DNA from: an uncultured Gemmatimonadales bacterium
Lineage (GTDB): Bacteria; Gemmatimonadota; Gemmatimonadetes; Gemmatimonadales; GWC2-71-9
DNA: 64,000 nt
NCBI GenBank assembly: GCA_963748815.1
Contig: CAVVKJ010000005.1
Span: 96,001-160,000 of the forward strand
Reading direction: 5' to 3'
Made by a program: the position numbers and the translations under genes. Below are positions 32,796 to 44,472 of this stretch, in pieces (position 1 is the first letter of the stretch; every line of letters begins with the position of its first letter). Under the pieces are notes generated by a model that saw nothing but the letters and a program-made list of their open reading frames with translations, was not told the origin of the DNA and did not search any database.

Positions 32796-34027
32796 GCGGC
32801 AGCACGGCGGGGCAGGGGGGCAGCGGGGCGGTCAAGACCAAGCTGTCCGATCATGATGTTCCTGCAGTTCTTCATCTGGGGCGCCTGGTTCGTCACGATG
32901 GGCACCTACCTCGGCAACACCCTGCAATTCGACGGCGGGCAGATCGGCCTCGCCTACGGCGCGCTGGCCATCGCCGCGATCGTCTCTCCGTTCTTCGTCG
33001 GCATGGTGGCGGACCGGTTCTTTGCGACGGAACGGATCCTGGCGCTGCTCCACCTGGCGGGCGCCGCCATGCTCTGGTGGGCCTCGACCCTCGACCACCT
33101 TCAACGCCTTCTACCTGGTGCTCATCGGCTACGGGCTCTGCTACATGCCGACGCTGGCGCTCACCAACTCGATCGCCTTCGACCACGTGCGCGATCCCGG
33201 CAAGGAGTTCCCCGCCATCCGGGTCCTCGGCACCATCGGGTGGATCGTGGCCGGATTGATGGTCGGGCGGATGGGCCTCGAGGCCACCGCCGCGCCGATG
33301 CAGCTGGCGGCCGGCGCCTCGGTGGTGCTCGGCCTCTTCTGCCTCCTGCTCCCGCATACGCCACCGCACGCCGCCGGCAAGCCGTTCAGCGTGCGCGACG
33401 TCCTCGGACTCGACGCCCTGGCGCTGCTCAAGGACCGCTCCTTCGCGACCTTCGTGGTCGGCTCGTTCCTGCTCTGCATCCCGCTGCAGTTCTACTACGC
33501 CTTCACCAATCTCTTCCTGAACGAGATCGGGATGGCGGAGCCGGCGAGCAAGATGACCCTCGGCCAGATGTCCGAGATCGGCTTCATGCTGCTGCTGCCC
33601 GTGGTTCCTGAAGCGCTGGGGGGTGCGGCGGATCCTGCTGGTCGGCATGCTGGCCTGGGCGGTGCGGTACTTCTTCTTCGCCTACGGCAACGCCGGTCCC
33701 GCGATCTGGATGCTCTACGCCGGCATCCTGCTGCACGGCATCTGCTACGACTTCTTCTTCGTGACGGGCCAGATCTACACCGACGAACGGGCCGGCCCGA
33801 AGATTCGGGCGGCGGCGCAGGGGTTCCTGGCGTTCATCACCCAGGGAGTCGGTTACCTGATCGGCGCCTGGGCCTCCGGGCGGGTCGTCCAGCACTTCAC
33901 GCTTCCCGGCGGCGGGCACGACTGGCGGAACATCTGGCAGGTGCCCGCCGTCGGCGCCGTCGTCATCCTCGTGGTCTTTGCGCTTCTCTTCCGGCCCGCC
34001 GCGGCGCGGGCCTCCACCCCGGCCTGA
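32792..34027 (+). CDS. MFS nucleoside:H+ symporter family permease; three frameshifts
   Basis: [41 protein letters not shown] spread over three frames. Confidence 0.88.
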
Positions 34028-34038
34028 CGGACTCCGAC

Positions 34039-35381
34039 ATGACCAAGATCCACCCAACCCGGCGGGACTTCGTGGGCAGCGTGGCGGCGGCGAGCACGGC
34101 CTTCACCATCGTGCCGCGTCACGTCCTCGGCGGCCCCGGCTACACCGCGCCGAGCGACCTGCTGAACATCGCGTGCATCGGCGTGGGCGGCATGGGGGAA
34201 AGCGACGTCCGCGGGGTGTCGAGCCAGAACATCTACGCGCTGTGCGACGTGGACCTCAAGCAATCGGAAGACACCTTCCGGAAGTATCCGAACGCCAAGA
34301 AGTACCGCGACTACCGCGAAATGCTCGACCAGGAGGGGAAGCACATCGACGCCGTGACCATCACGATTCCCGACCACGGCCACGCCGCGGCGGCGATGAT
34401 GGCGCTCCGGATGAACAAGAACGTCTATTGCCAGAAGCCGCTGGCGCGCACGCTGACGGAGGTGCGCGCGCTCAAGGCGCAGGCGGCCAAGACGAAGGTG
34501 GCCACCCAGATGGGCAACCAGGGGCACGCCGGCGAGGGGATCCGGACGCTGCGCGAATGGGTCGAAGCCGGCGTGATCGGCACCGTGCGCGAGGTGCAGT
34601 ACTGGACCAACCGCCCGATCTGGCCCCAGGGCATGGAGCGCCCGACCGACCTCCACGCCCCGCCGCTCACGCTCGACTGGAATCTCTGGCTCGGGCCGGC
34701 GCCGGAGCGGCCCTACAATCCGGCCTACGCCCCGTTCCGCTGGCGCGGGTGGTGGGACTTCGGGACCGGCGCCCTGGGCGACATGGCCTGCCACGGCATG
34801 GACGCCGCCTACTGGATTCTCGATCTCGGCTACCCGGAGCGAATCATCCCCGAATCCACCCAGCGCTATCTCGAGACGGCGCCGAAGTCGAGCCGGGTGG
34901 AATACCAGTTCCCGGCCAAGGGAAAGCGGCCCGGCGGTGAAGGTGGTCTGGCGCGACGGCGACCTCCGCCCGCCGCAGCCGGTAGGGCTTCCCATCACGA
35001 TGGAATGGCCACCGTCCGACATCGGCGGGCAGATGTGGGTGGGCGACGACGGCGCCCTGATTGCGGGCATGTATGGCGAGGATCCGGTCTTGCTCGACCC
35101 CAAGCGCGACGCGGAAGTGCGGGCCAATCCGCCGGTCAAGGTCTATGACCGCTCGAAGGGGGTGCATGACGAGTGGATCGACGCCTGCAAGGGTGGGCCG
35201 GCCGGCGCTGTCGAGCTTCGACGGCTACGCGGGCGGACTGACGGAGATGGTGCTGCTGGGGTGCCTGGCCATCCGGGCGGGGCAGACGCTGCAGATCGAT
35301 CCGGTGACCGGAAACGTGACGAACATGAAGTTGCCGGAGGAGTGGATTACGCCGAAATACCGGAGTGGCTGGACGCTGTAG
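34039..35381 (+). CDS. Gfo/Idh/MocA oxidoreductase with Tat signal; frameshifted
   Basis: TRRDF Tat motif, [29 protein letters not shown]. Confidence 0.9.
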
Positions 35382-35411
35382 GCCCGCCGCCGCCCTCAGG
35401 AAGGGACGCGC

Positions 35412-36740
35412 ATGCCCTGGGACCGCCTGCAGTTCGCCTTCACCGTCACCTATCACTACCTCTTTCCCCAGCTCACGATGGGGCTGGCGCTGCTCATCGT
35501 CGTCTTCAAGTGGCAGCACCTGCGCACCGGTGAGGCGCGCTGGGCGCGGGCGGCTCGGTTCTGGGCGCGCATCTTCGGCATCAACTTCGGCGTCGGCGTG
35601 GTCACCGGCATCCCCCTCGAGTTCCAGTTCGGGACCAACTGGGCCGCGTTCTCCGCCTATGCGGGCGGCGTCATCGGGCAGACGCTGGCGATGGAAGGGG
35701 TCTTCGCCTTCTTCCTCGAATCCACGGTGCTCGGCCTGTTCCTCTACGGCGAGAAGATGCTGAGCCCGCGGGCGCACTTCGCCACCGCGGTGCTGCTCTG
35801 CCTGGGCAGCTGGGCGTCGGGCTACTTCATCGTGGCCACCAACGCCTTCATGCAGCATCCGGTGGGCTACGCGGTGGACGCCGCCGGCAGCGCTGCAGGT
35901 CAGTTCCTTCGGCGCGTTCCTGCTCAACCCCTGGGCGCTCTGGCAGTACGCCGCACACCATGAGCGCCGCCGTCATCACCGGCGCCTTCGTGGTGGCCGC
36001 CGTAGGCGCCTTCTGGCAGTTGAGCGGCCGGCACCTGGAGGACGCGCGGACCTTCCTGCAGGTGGGCGTGCTGTGCGGCCTGATCGCCACGGTCGACGCA
36101 GATCATGCCGACCGGCGACCAGCGCGGGAAGCTCGTGGCCCGGGACCAGCCGGTCGGGCTGGCCGCCATGGAAGGGCGTCTTCAATGGCGGACCCGAAGC
36201 GCCGCTGGCCATCATCGGCCAGCCCGAACATGGAGGCCGGCCGGCTGGACAACCCGATCGAGGTGCCGGCGGTGCTGAGCTTCCTGGCCTACGGCTCCTT
36301 CGGCAGCACGGTGCAGGGGCTGAACGATTTTCCGCGGGACACCTGGCCCGACAACATTCCCCTCCTGTACTACGCCTATCACATCATGGTCGGGCTCGGC
36401 ACCCTGATGCTCGCGCTCATGGCGGTGAGCGCCCTGCTCCTCTGGAGAAAGCGGCTCTTCGACACTCCCGCCGTGCTCTGGGCGCTCATGCTGGCCTTCC
36501 CGTTTCCCTACATCGCGACGACGGCCGGATGGATCACCACCGAACTGGGCCGCGCAGCCCTGGATCGTCTACGGGCTGATGCGCACGCACGCCGGCGCCT
36601 CGCCGTCGGTCAACGAGGGCGAGGTGGTCTTCAGCACGATCGGATTCATGGGACTCTACCTGGTGGTCGGCCTGCTCTTCCTCTATCTCGTTGCGCGCGA
36701 GCTGCATCACGGCCCCCGTCCTGCTGCCGGGGAGGCGTGA
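35412..36740 (+). CDS. cydA: Cytochrome bd oxidase subunit I; multiple frameshifts
   Basis: RLQFAFTVTYHYLF, GVVTGIPLEFQFGTNW, NAFMQHP and GWITTELGR(QPW). Confidence 0.92.
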
Positions 36741-36742
36741 CG

Positions 36743-37781
36743 ATGGCGGCGCTCTGGTTCGGGTTGCTGGCCGTGATGCTGGCCGTGTACGCGGTGCTCG
36801 ATGGCTTCGACTTCGGGGTCGGCGTGCTGCATCAGACTCGTGGCCCGGACCGACGCGGAGCGGCGCCAGGTGCTGAACACCATCGGGCCGGTATGGGACG
36901 GCAACGAGGTGTGGCTGATCGCGTCGGGGGCGTGCTCTTCCTGACCTTTCCCGCCGCCTATGCCGCCGGGATTCAGCGGCTTCTACCTGCCCCTGATGGT
37001 CGTGCTCTGGCTGCTGATCCTGCGCGGGCTGTCGATCGAGCTCCGCTCCCACGAGGCACACCCGCTCTGGCGGGCCTTCTGGGACGCCACGCTGCAATTG
37101 GCGTCGGTCCTGATGGCCGTCGTCCTCGGCGCGGCGCTGGGCAACGTGATCCGCGGCGTTCCGCTCGACGCGTCAGGGTACTTCCAGCCTGCCGCTCTTC
37201 GGGGATTTCTCGCCCTGGGGACCCGACCGGCGTGCTCGACTGGTACACCACGACGATCGGCGTCCTCACGCTGGCCATCCTGACGCTCCACGGTGCCCTC
37301 TACCTGGTTTGGAAGGCCGAGGGACCGGTGGCGGCGCGTGCGCTGGCGGTCGCCCGAAGGACGTGGTGGATCGTGGCCGTCCTGGGCATGGTCGCGACGG
37401 CGCTGACGTGGAAGGTGCAGCCCGGGCTGTATGTGATGATCGGGAGCCGGATCTGGCCGACCGCCCTGGTGGCGGTCGGCGCTCGCGGGATATCTCAGTG
37501 TGCCGCTCAGGCTCAATCGAAGCGAGGAGCGGAGCGCATTCCTGGGCTCGGTCGCCGTCATCCTCGGCATCCTGGGTGCGACGGCCGCCGGCCTCTATCC
37601 AAACATCCTCAGCTCCAACATCGACCCGCAGTTCTCGATCACGGCCCAGTCGGCGCAGGCGGGCGGGTATGGATTGCGGGTCGCGCTGGTCTGGTGGGTG
37701 CCGGGAATCCTGCTGGCGATAGGGTACTTCGCCCATCTGTTCTGGCGGTTCCGGGGGAAGGTGGGAGTGGGGGAGGTCTGA
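36743..37781 (+). CDS. cydB: Cytochrome bd oxidase subunit II; multiple frameshifts
   Basis: [24 protein letters not shown] and [11 protein letters not shown]. Confidence 0.9.
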
Positions 37782-37800
37782 GCGCCGGAGTCCATGAGAC

Positions 37801-37877
37801 TGGACCCCGGCTTTCGCGGGGGTGACGGCAGGTAGATCCCCCCTCTCCGCTTGCCGGAGAGGGGGCAGGGGGTGAGG
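37801..37877 (-). repeat. Composite REP unit, family A + family B
   Basis: Reverse strand CCTCACCCCCTG-CCCCCTCTCCG-GCAAG-CGGAGAGGGG, then a GGATCTACCTGCC linker, then family B; starts directly after the TGA at 37878. Confidence 0.9.
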
Positions 37878-39119
37878 TCAGGGCCGCCAGGTGCCCTTCG
37901 CCACCTTCGGCACAAACGAATCCAGTCCCCTCGGCGGGAACTTGACCGTCTTCCCTGATTCCGCGCTCATGTAGGCCGCCATCAGCGTCCGCACCACCTC
38001 CACGCCGTCATCGAAGGTCAGCTTCGGCTTCTCGAGCCCGAGGAAGACCCGCACGAAGTGCCGATCCTCCGCCTCGTAGCCGTACGCCATTGGTTCATTG
38101 GCCACCACCGGCATCTGGCCCTGCTCGGCGTTCTGCTTCTCGACCAGGTCTTCTCCCTCCCGCCCCTTCACTTCCCGGCTGAAGAAGAGCTTGAGCCCGC
38201 TGTCGAGGGTGTTCCAGGTCATGGAGTACTCGGGGCCCAGCAGTTCTGCCGACAGCCGGAGGCCAGCGCCGACGAAGCTCCACGAGGTGGTGGCCTCGCC
38301 CAGCACGGTGTGCCCGGAGTCGGTCTCGAACTCGATGGTGACGCTGGCAAAGTCCTCGGCGGGGCGCTTGGCGTAGTCCACCGCGGGACCCATCGTCTTC
38401 TTGAGGCGGCGGACATACTCCGGGCGGGACCACTTGAGGCTGGCAATCCGCCCTGTGATGGCGACCGGCCGCACCGAAGAGCGGGGGGCGCCGGGCTTGG
38501 TCAGGAGATGGCGCACCACCTCCACCGAGTGGCACATCATGTCGTTCAGCACCCCGCCGCCCTGCAGTTTCCCCTGCCAGAACCAGGGCATGTGCGGTCC
38601 GCTGTGCTCCTCGGCGGCGCGCGCCAGGTAGGGGCGCCCGGTCGTGGCGGCACCCCGGGCCCAGAGGAGCATCCGGCCATGCTCCACCTGCGGGCTGAAG
38701 AGCTGGTTCTCGAGGTAGCCGTGGGCGATGCCCGCCTTCTTCGTCATGGCGGCCACCTGTTTTGCTTCCCTTACCGTGCGGGCGAGTGGTTTCTCACAGG
38801 CGAGGCCGAGGAGCTCCCCCTTGCCGCGGAGGACGGCGTCGGTGATCTCCTCGACGTTCTCGACGCGGGCGTGGTTGGGTCCGCAGAGCCAGATGGCATC
38901 GATGGCGGGGTCGGCGACCATCTCAGTGATGGAGCCGTACGCCTTGGCACGGCCCACATCGAGCTTGCGGGCGAACGCCGCGGCGTCCGCGGCGTTCTTC
39001 TTGTTGGGGCTCCAGACGCCGAGGACGTCGGCGTCGCGGACACCCTGCCAGGCCTGCATGTGGAACCGAGTGTTGAAGCCGCTGCCGATGAATCCGACGC
39101 CGAGCCGACGCTTGGGCAT
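37878..39119 (-). CDS. Gfo/Idh/MocA oxidoreductase
   Basis: GFIGSGF Rossmann motif, CEKPLA, GGGVLNDMMCH; ATG at 39119. Confidence 0.9.
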   Translation of the reverse strand: MPKRRLGVGFIGSGFNTRFHMQAWQGVRDADVLGVWSPNKKNAADAAAFARKLDVGRAKAYGSITEMVADPAIDAIWLCGPNHARVENVEEITDAVLRGKGELLGLACEKPLARTVREAKQVAAMTKKAGIAHGYLENQLFSPQVEHGRMLLWARGAATTGRPYLARAAEEHSGPHMPWFWQGKLQGGGVLNDMMCHSVEVVRHLLTKPGAPRSSVRPVAITGRIASLKWSRPEYVRRLKKTMGPAVDYAKRPAEDFASVTIEFETDSGHTVLGEATTSWSFVGAGLRLSAELLGPEYSMTWNTLDSGLKLFFSREVKGREGEDLVEKQNAEQGQMPVVANEPMAYGYEAEDRHFVRVFLGLEKPKLTFDDGVEVVRTLMAAYMSAESGKTVKFPPRGLDSFVPKVAKGTWRP

Positions 39120-39130
39120 GTCTACTCCAC

Positions 39131-39707
39131 TCAGGTGTAGCTGACACCCAGCTGCTTGAGCTGGGGCTCGGGACAGCCGGTCCATTCCGGGCACGAAGGT
39201 GTTGCCGATGTACTTGATGTCCTCGACGCCGACCTTGCTGGTCCAGTAGCCGGTGGCCGTCAGGTTCCGGAATTCGTTGAAGAACGCGGCAGGCTCCTTG
39301 AACGCTTCACCGGCCTTCTTCGGCCATGCGATGTCGTCCAGGATCAACTTCTGGTCGTGTGCGGAGGCGGCGACGAACGACGACTGAAACCGCTTCTGCG
39401 ATTCGGCGTCGAGCCAGGCGAGGCCGGTCCGCATCCGCTCCCGGTTGTCCATCTCCTCCGCCATCACGAAGTCCAGGAACTCGGGCACGCCGGCCTCGGT
39501 GGCGCTGGGGCCGCGCTCGTCGGCCGGGAGGGTCAGGTCCGCCAGCACGAACACCGTGGCGTACTCCTCGGTGGTGAAGAAGGTCGGCACATAGGGAGAG
39601 GCGCGATCGGCGGCCTTGCGAATCGTGTCGGCGCGGCAGCCGGCGGCGCCGGCAGCCAGCGCCACACCCAGCAGGCCGAGCATGTCTCGGCGGGAGAGGT
39701 CGGTCAC
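39131..39707 (-). CDS. Gluconate 2-dehydrogenase subunit 3-like Tat protein; frameshift near 39185
   Basis: SRRDML Tat motif, SATEAGVPEFLD, GYWTSKVG...YIGN. Confidence 0.85.
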
Positions 39708-41399
39708 AGGGCCCCCTGGCGGCGTTGCGCCGCGATGTACTCGGAGGTGCGCATCGAGAGCGCAAGGATGGTCCAGGTCGGGTTCTTGTCCGCCTGCGAC
39801 ACGAACGGCCCGCCGTCGGCCACGAAGAGGTTCTTCACGTCGTGCGCCTGGCAGTTGGCGTTGACCACGGAGCTGCCCGGGTCGTTGCCCATCCGGACGC
39901 AGCCGAGTTCGTGGATGATCTGCCCGCCGGTCGCGATGCCGTAGCCCTGTTCCCTGGTGGGCATCGGACTGAACACCTCGCCCCCCATCTCGTCGATCAG
40001 CGCGCGGAAGGTTTCCTGCATGTGCTTGACCTGCTTGTACTCGTAGTCGCTCCACTTCCAGTGGAACCGGAGGACCGGGATGCCCCACTGATCCTTGGTG
40101 TCGGGGTCGATTTCGCAGTAGGAGTCGGCGTTGGGAATCATCTCGCCGCGGCCGCTGAAGCCGATGGTGGTGCCGTAGAGCCGGCGGTAGGAGTCCTTCA
40201 GCGCCTTCCCATAGCCGCCGAACTCGGGGTAGTTCTGGATGCCGCCCATGAAGCCGTAGGACGGCTGGCCGCGGCCGCCCCAGATCTCGATGTGGTAGCC
40301 ACGCGGAAAGTCGAGCTTCTTGTTGTCGAGCCACCAGGGGCTGTAGAGGTGCCCGCCGCCCACGCCGTCCTCGTTGTGCGGAATCCCGTTCTCGAGCTTG
40401 GGGATGAACCCCGCCACGTCGGTGCCAGTGGTGTCGGTCAGGTACTTGCCCGACCACGCCGCTCGAGTTGGCCAGCCCGTGGGGAAACGAGCTGCTCCTG
40501 GAGTTGAGGAGGAGGCGCGCGGACTCACAGGCGCTGGCCGCCAGGACCACCACCCTGGCCCGGACCCGCTGGTCGGTGTTGGTGGTCTTGTCCACGTACG
40601 TGACACCGTCGGCGAGTCCGTTGGTGCCGACCGTCACCTCGCGCGCCATCGCGTTGGTGATCATCGTCAGCTTGCCGGTGGCCATGGCCGGGGGGATCAG
40701 GACGTTGGTGGAGGAGAAGTTGGCGTTGACGGCGCAGCCGCGGTTGCACTGCCCGCAGTAGTGGCAGGCGGGGCGGTCGCCCAGCGGCTGGGTGATGATC
40801 GAGAGTCGCGCCGGAATGCAGGTCACCTTGAGATTGTCGCAGGCCTGCTTCACCAGCAATTCGTAGCAGCGGGGCCTCGGCGCCGGCATGAAATGGCCGT
40901 CCGGCTCGTTCGGGAGGCCCTCGGCGCTGCCGAAGATGCCGATCAGGTCGTCCACCCGGTCGTAGTAGGGCGCGAGGTCGTCGTAGCTGATGGGCCAGTC
41001 GTCGCCCAGGCCGTCGAGGCTCTTCCGGCGGAAGTCGTTGGGGCCGAACCGGAGGGAAATCCGCCCCCAGTGGTTGGTGCGTCCCCCCACCATGCGCGCC
41101 CGCCACCAGCCGAATTTCGACCCGGGGGCCACGGTGTACGGCTCCCCCTCGATGTCCCATCCTCCGATGCAGGCGTCGAACTCGCCGAAGGGTCGCTCCT
41201 TGGTCCACGCGCCGCGCTTCGGCGTGTTGAACGGCCAGGTGAGCATGGCGGAGTCGGTGGTGTTGTCCCACGGCCCACCGGCTTCGAGCATCACGACATC
41301 GGCCCCGGCCTTGGTAAGCATGTACGCGGCCATGCCGCCGCCGGCGCCGGAGCCCACGATGCAGACGTCGTACACCTTCGACTGGTCCTGTTGAGTCAT
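39704..41399 (-). CDS. GMC-family flavin oxidoreductase (glycoside 3-dehydrogenase-like); frameshift near 40450
   Basis: IVGSGAGG, VGGRTNHWG, CHYCGQC..GC, IHELG and KNPTWTILAL. Confidence 0.9.
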
Positions 41400-41551
41400 C
41401 GGCCCGTCCGGGGGAGGAGGATTCGGAAAGTACAGCGTGAGGCTCGGACCGGCTAGCGGGGCGTCAGCAAGTCTCACGCGTCTTCAGCGGCTCGGTGAGG
41501 CCCACCGCGATCTCACATTCCCGCTCCCCGCTTCCCTCCCCGCCTCTTTCA

Positions 41552-41704
41552 CCTCACCCCCTGACCCCCTCTCCGGCAAGCGGAGAGGGGGGACGTGCGT
41601 TCCGATTTCGATCGTCACCCCGGCGAAAGCCGGGGTCCATGTTTGGCCTTCCCCGCGTCTTTCACCTCACCCCCTGGCCCCCTCTCCACCATGTGGAGAG
41701 GGGG
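41552..41704 (+). repeat. Nuclease-free REP cluster A-B-A
   Basis: A at 41552-41592 (GCAAG loop), B at 41614-41639, A at 41665-41704 (CCATG loop). Confidence 0.9.
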
Positions 41705-41714
41705 TGTGAGATGC

Positions 41715-43557
41715 CTAGGGGGACTTACTGAACCGAGCCTGTCGCGGTGGGCTGGACGCGCCACTCGGCAGGAAGACCACGGCGGTCACGACAGTCCCGG
41801 CGCCGTCCACCGTCAGCGTGAGCGGGCCAGTGTACTCGGCTGAACTCTCCGTGGGGATTGTGCTGTCCAGCGTGTACCGAATGACCCCGTTGGCCAGTGG
41901 GCTCGTGAGGGTGACCACGGCGGAGCCGTTCGGCGTTGCCTGGTTCTTCTCCAGCCCCACCACGCTCGGCACCCGGTAGTTGACGCCCAGCCGGTCCAGC
42001 CCGTCGAGCGCGGAAGGCAGCCGCGCCATGAAGCTCGCCCAGTCCCGCGCCGAGGCAGGGCTCCAGGTCACTTCGGCCATGGCCAGCATCCGTGGAAAGA
42101 TCATGAACTCGACCCGATACGGGGTGGTCATGTACTCGGTCCACACATTGCCCTGGGCGCCGATGATGTGCGTGGCCTCCCCAGCAGTCAGCACATCCGG
42201 CACCGGCTCGAATCCGTAGACCTTGTCGAGCGGCACGTTGCCGCCGATCGAGAAGGGCTCGAGCGCTGGATCTCCCTGAGCGTAGTCGAAGTAGCTGTGG
42301 CTGGTGGGCGTCATGATCACGTCGTGCCCCTGCTGCGCCGCGGCGATGCCGCCGCTCACGCCGCGCCAGCTCATGACGGTGGCGTCGGGGGCGAGCCCGC
42401 CCTCGAGAATTTCATCCCACCCGATCAGCCGTCGGCCGTGCGCGTTCAGGAACCGTTCGATCCGCTGCACGAACCAGCTCTGGAGGGCATGTTCGTCGGC
42501 CAGCTGCTCCCGCTGGATGATGGACTGCGCCAGGTCGCTCGATTTCCACCGCGCCTTGGGCGCCTCGTCGCCGCCGACATGGATGTACGGCCCCGGAAAG
42601 AGGGCCATCACCTCGGTCAGGACGCCTTCAAGGAAGGCGAAGGTGGCCTCGCTCGGGCAGAAGATATCTTCCTCGACGCCCCACACCGTGCCGACCTCGA
42701 AGGGCCCCGGGGTGCAGGCCAGCTCGGGGTAGGAGGCGAGGGCGGCCATGGCATGACCCGGCATCTCGATTTCCGGGACGATGGTGATGTGCCGGGCGGC
42801 GGCATACGCCACTACCTGCCGGATCTCCTCCTGGGTATAGAAGCCGCAGTAGGGGATCCCGTCGCCGACATAGGGATTGAAGTTCTTGCTCGACGATCGT
42901 CTCGCGGCGACAGGAGCCGACGTCGGTGAGCTTCGGGTACGCCTTGATCTCGATCCGCCACCCCTGGTCGTCGGTCAGGTGCCAGTGGAAGGTGTTGAAC
43001 TTGTAGCGGGAAAGGAGGTCGATGTACCGCTCCACGAACGCCACCGGGAAGAAGTGCCGACTCACGTCGAGGTGCATGCCACGGTAGGGGAAGCGCGGGG
43101 CGTCGGTGATTTCGACGCGCGGCACCGTGCCCAACTCTCCGGCGTGGAGCAGCTGGCGGAAGGTCTGGAGGCCGTGGAAGAGGCCGGCCTCGGTCGGGGC
43201 CTCGATCACCACGCCCGACGACTGGCTGCTGAGGCGATAGCCCTCACGGCCCAGGATAGAGTCAGGGGCAATGAGTTGAAGTATCAGTCCGGCGGGTGGG
43301 GCGGGGCCGCTGCTGACCACCGGGCGCCATCCCAGTTCCGCCTCCAGCAGGTCGCTGGCGTAGGCCCCGAGCGCGGCGAGATCGCTCGGCTGGGGCGCCT
43401 GGAGCTGGATGCGGTGCCGCAGGGGAACGGCGCCGGTGTTCTGGATGACTTTCTTGGGGTACGGGATGAGCGGAAGGGGGGCCTGGGCGCTGACTGCCCG
43501 CACCGAGCAGACCGAGAGAACGAGGAGCAGTATCGCGCAGAGAATTCTCAAGGCCAT
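41715..43557 (-). CDS. Beta-N-acetylhexosaminidase (GH20); frameshift near 42890
   Basis: RGMHLDVSRHF, HWHLTDDQGWR, PEIEMPGH, HVGGDE and WTEY. Confidence 0.93.
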
Positions 43558-43598
43558 CTCCCAGGTGCCGGCACTCGATCTCGCTTGTCAATCGAAGC

Positions 43599-43665
43599 CC
43601 TTTGCGTCTCCTTGCGTCTTTGCGTCAACAGCTTTTTAGCGCAAAGACGCAAAGAGGCGCGAAGG
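43599..43665. repeat. Long inverted repeat built from CTTTGCGT-type units
   Basis: Arms 43599-43624 and 43640-43665 are 23/26 complementary. Confidence 0.8.
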
Positions 43666-43730
43666 ACTCCTCTTGAAACGCAGGCCTGCGTATTCTTGTG
43701 TCACGCATAATACAATTAAACGGGGTATCC

Positions 43731-44342
43731 ATGCATCGGTTCGGCCTTGTCGGGATGTTGTTGCTTGCCGCTTCACCCCTCGCAGCCCAATCCGGCATCG
43801 AGTTTACCCCGACAATTGGCTATCGCTTCGGCGGCACGGTCAACAGCGACGTCGGGAAGTTCTCGGCCAACGACAACCTGGCCTGGGGTGCGACCCTCGG
43901 GTTTCGCGTCAAGCGTGACGGGCTGGTGGAGCTGGTCTACAGCCGGCAGTCGACGAGCATCGATTTCAAGCCAGACACCGCCGGGAGGTACACCGTGGGC
44001 GACGCCGCCATCGAATACCTCCAGATCGGCGGCGCGCTGGAATTCGGCAACAATCCCAACACCAAGCCCTTCTTTGCCCTGACCGTGGGCGGCACCCACC
44101 TCGCCCCACAGAGCGACAATCTCGGCAGTGAATGGGTGTTCTCCTTCGGCGGCGCCCTCGGCCTCAAGACCTACCTGAACCAGCACATCGGTCTCCGGGC
44201 CCAGGCTCGGCTCTGGATGAGCACCCTCTCCTCGAATACCGAGTTCTGGTGCAGCCTGCCGGGTTATTGCGTCATCACCGCATCGGACGGAGTGTTTTTC
44301 ACGCAGGGCGAGGTGAGCGGTGGGGTGATGTTCGTGTTCTGA
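43731..44342 (+). CDS. Outer-membrane beta-barrel protein (8-stranded type)
   Basis: Signal peptide, alternating beta pattern, C-terminal Phe. Confidence 0.8.
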   Translation: MHRFGLVGMLLLAASPLAAQSGIEFTPTIGYRFGGTVNSDVGKFSANDNLAWGATLGFRVKRDGLVELVYSRQSTSIDFKPDTAGRYTVGDAAIEYLQIGGALEFGNNPNTKPFFALTVGGTHLAPQSDNLGSEWVFSFGGALGLKTYLNQHIGLRAQARLWMSTLSSNTEFWCSLPGYCVITASDGVFFTQGEVSGGVMFVF

Positions 44343-44343
44343 C

Positions 44344-44472
44344 GGGGTGGCCTCACGGCCACCCCTGTCGGTCGTCGACGCAATCTCGGAGCGCGGAATC
44401 CGCTTTCGGTATTGTCCTACCGATCACGAAGTCGCGTGTCCTCAGGCGAGGGGTGGGCGTGAGCCCACCCCT
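44344..44472. repeat. Inverted pair of family D hairpins between convergent genes
   Basis: GGGGTGGCC-TCAC-GGCCACCCC (44344-44365) and AGGGGTGGGC-GTGA-GCCCACCCCT (44449-44472). Confidence 0.7.

Noticed and set aside
33022..35148. MFS-oxidoreductase fusion (708-aa ORF)
   Set aside because: Frameshift artefact. The permease ends at 34027 and the Tat-signal oxidoreductase starts at 34039.
35412..37781. cydAB as pseudogenes or programmed frameshifting
   Set aside because: The same kind of indel affects unrelated essential genes across the window, and no consistent slippery sequence is seen.
37878..41477. 1199-aa GMC/subunit-3/Gfo fusion in the ORF track
   Set aside because: Artefact of frameshifts near 40450 and 39185. 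Three separate genes with their own starts and stops are evident.
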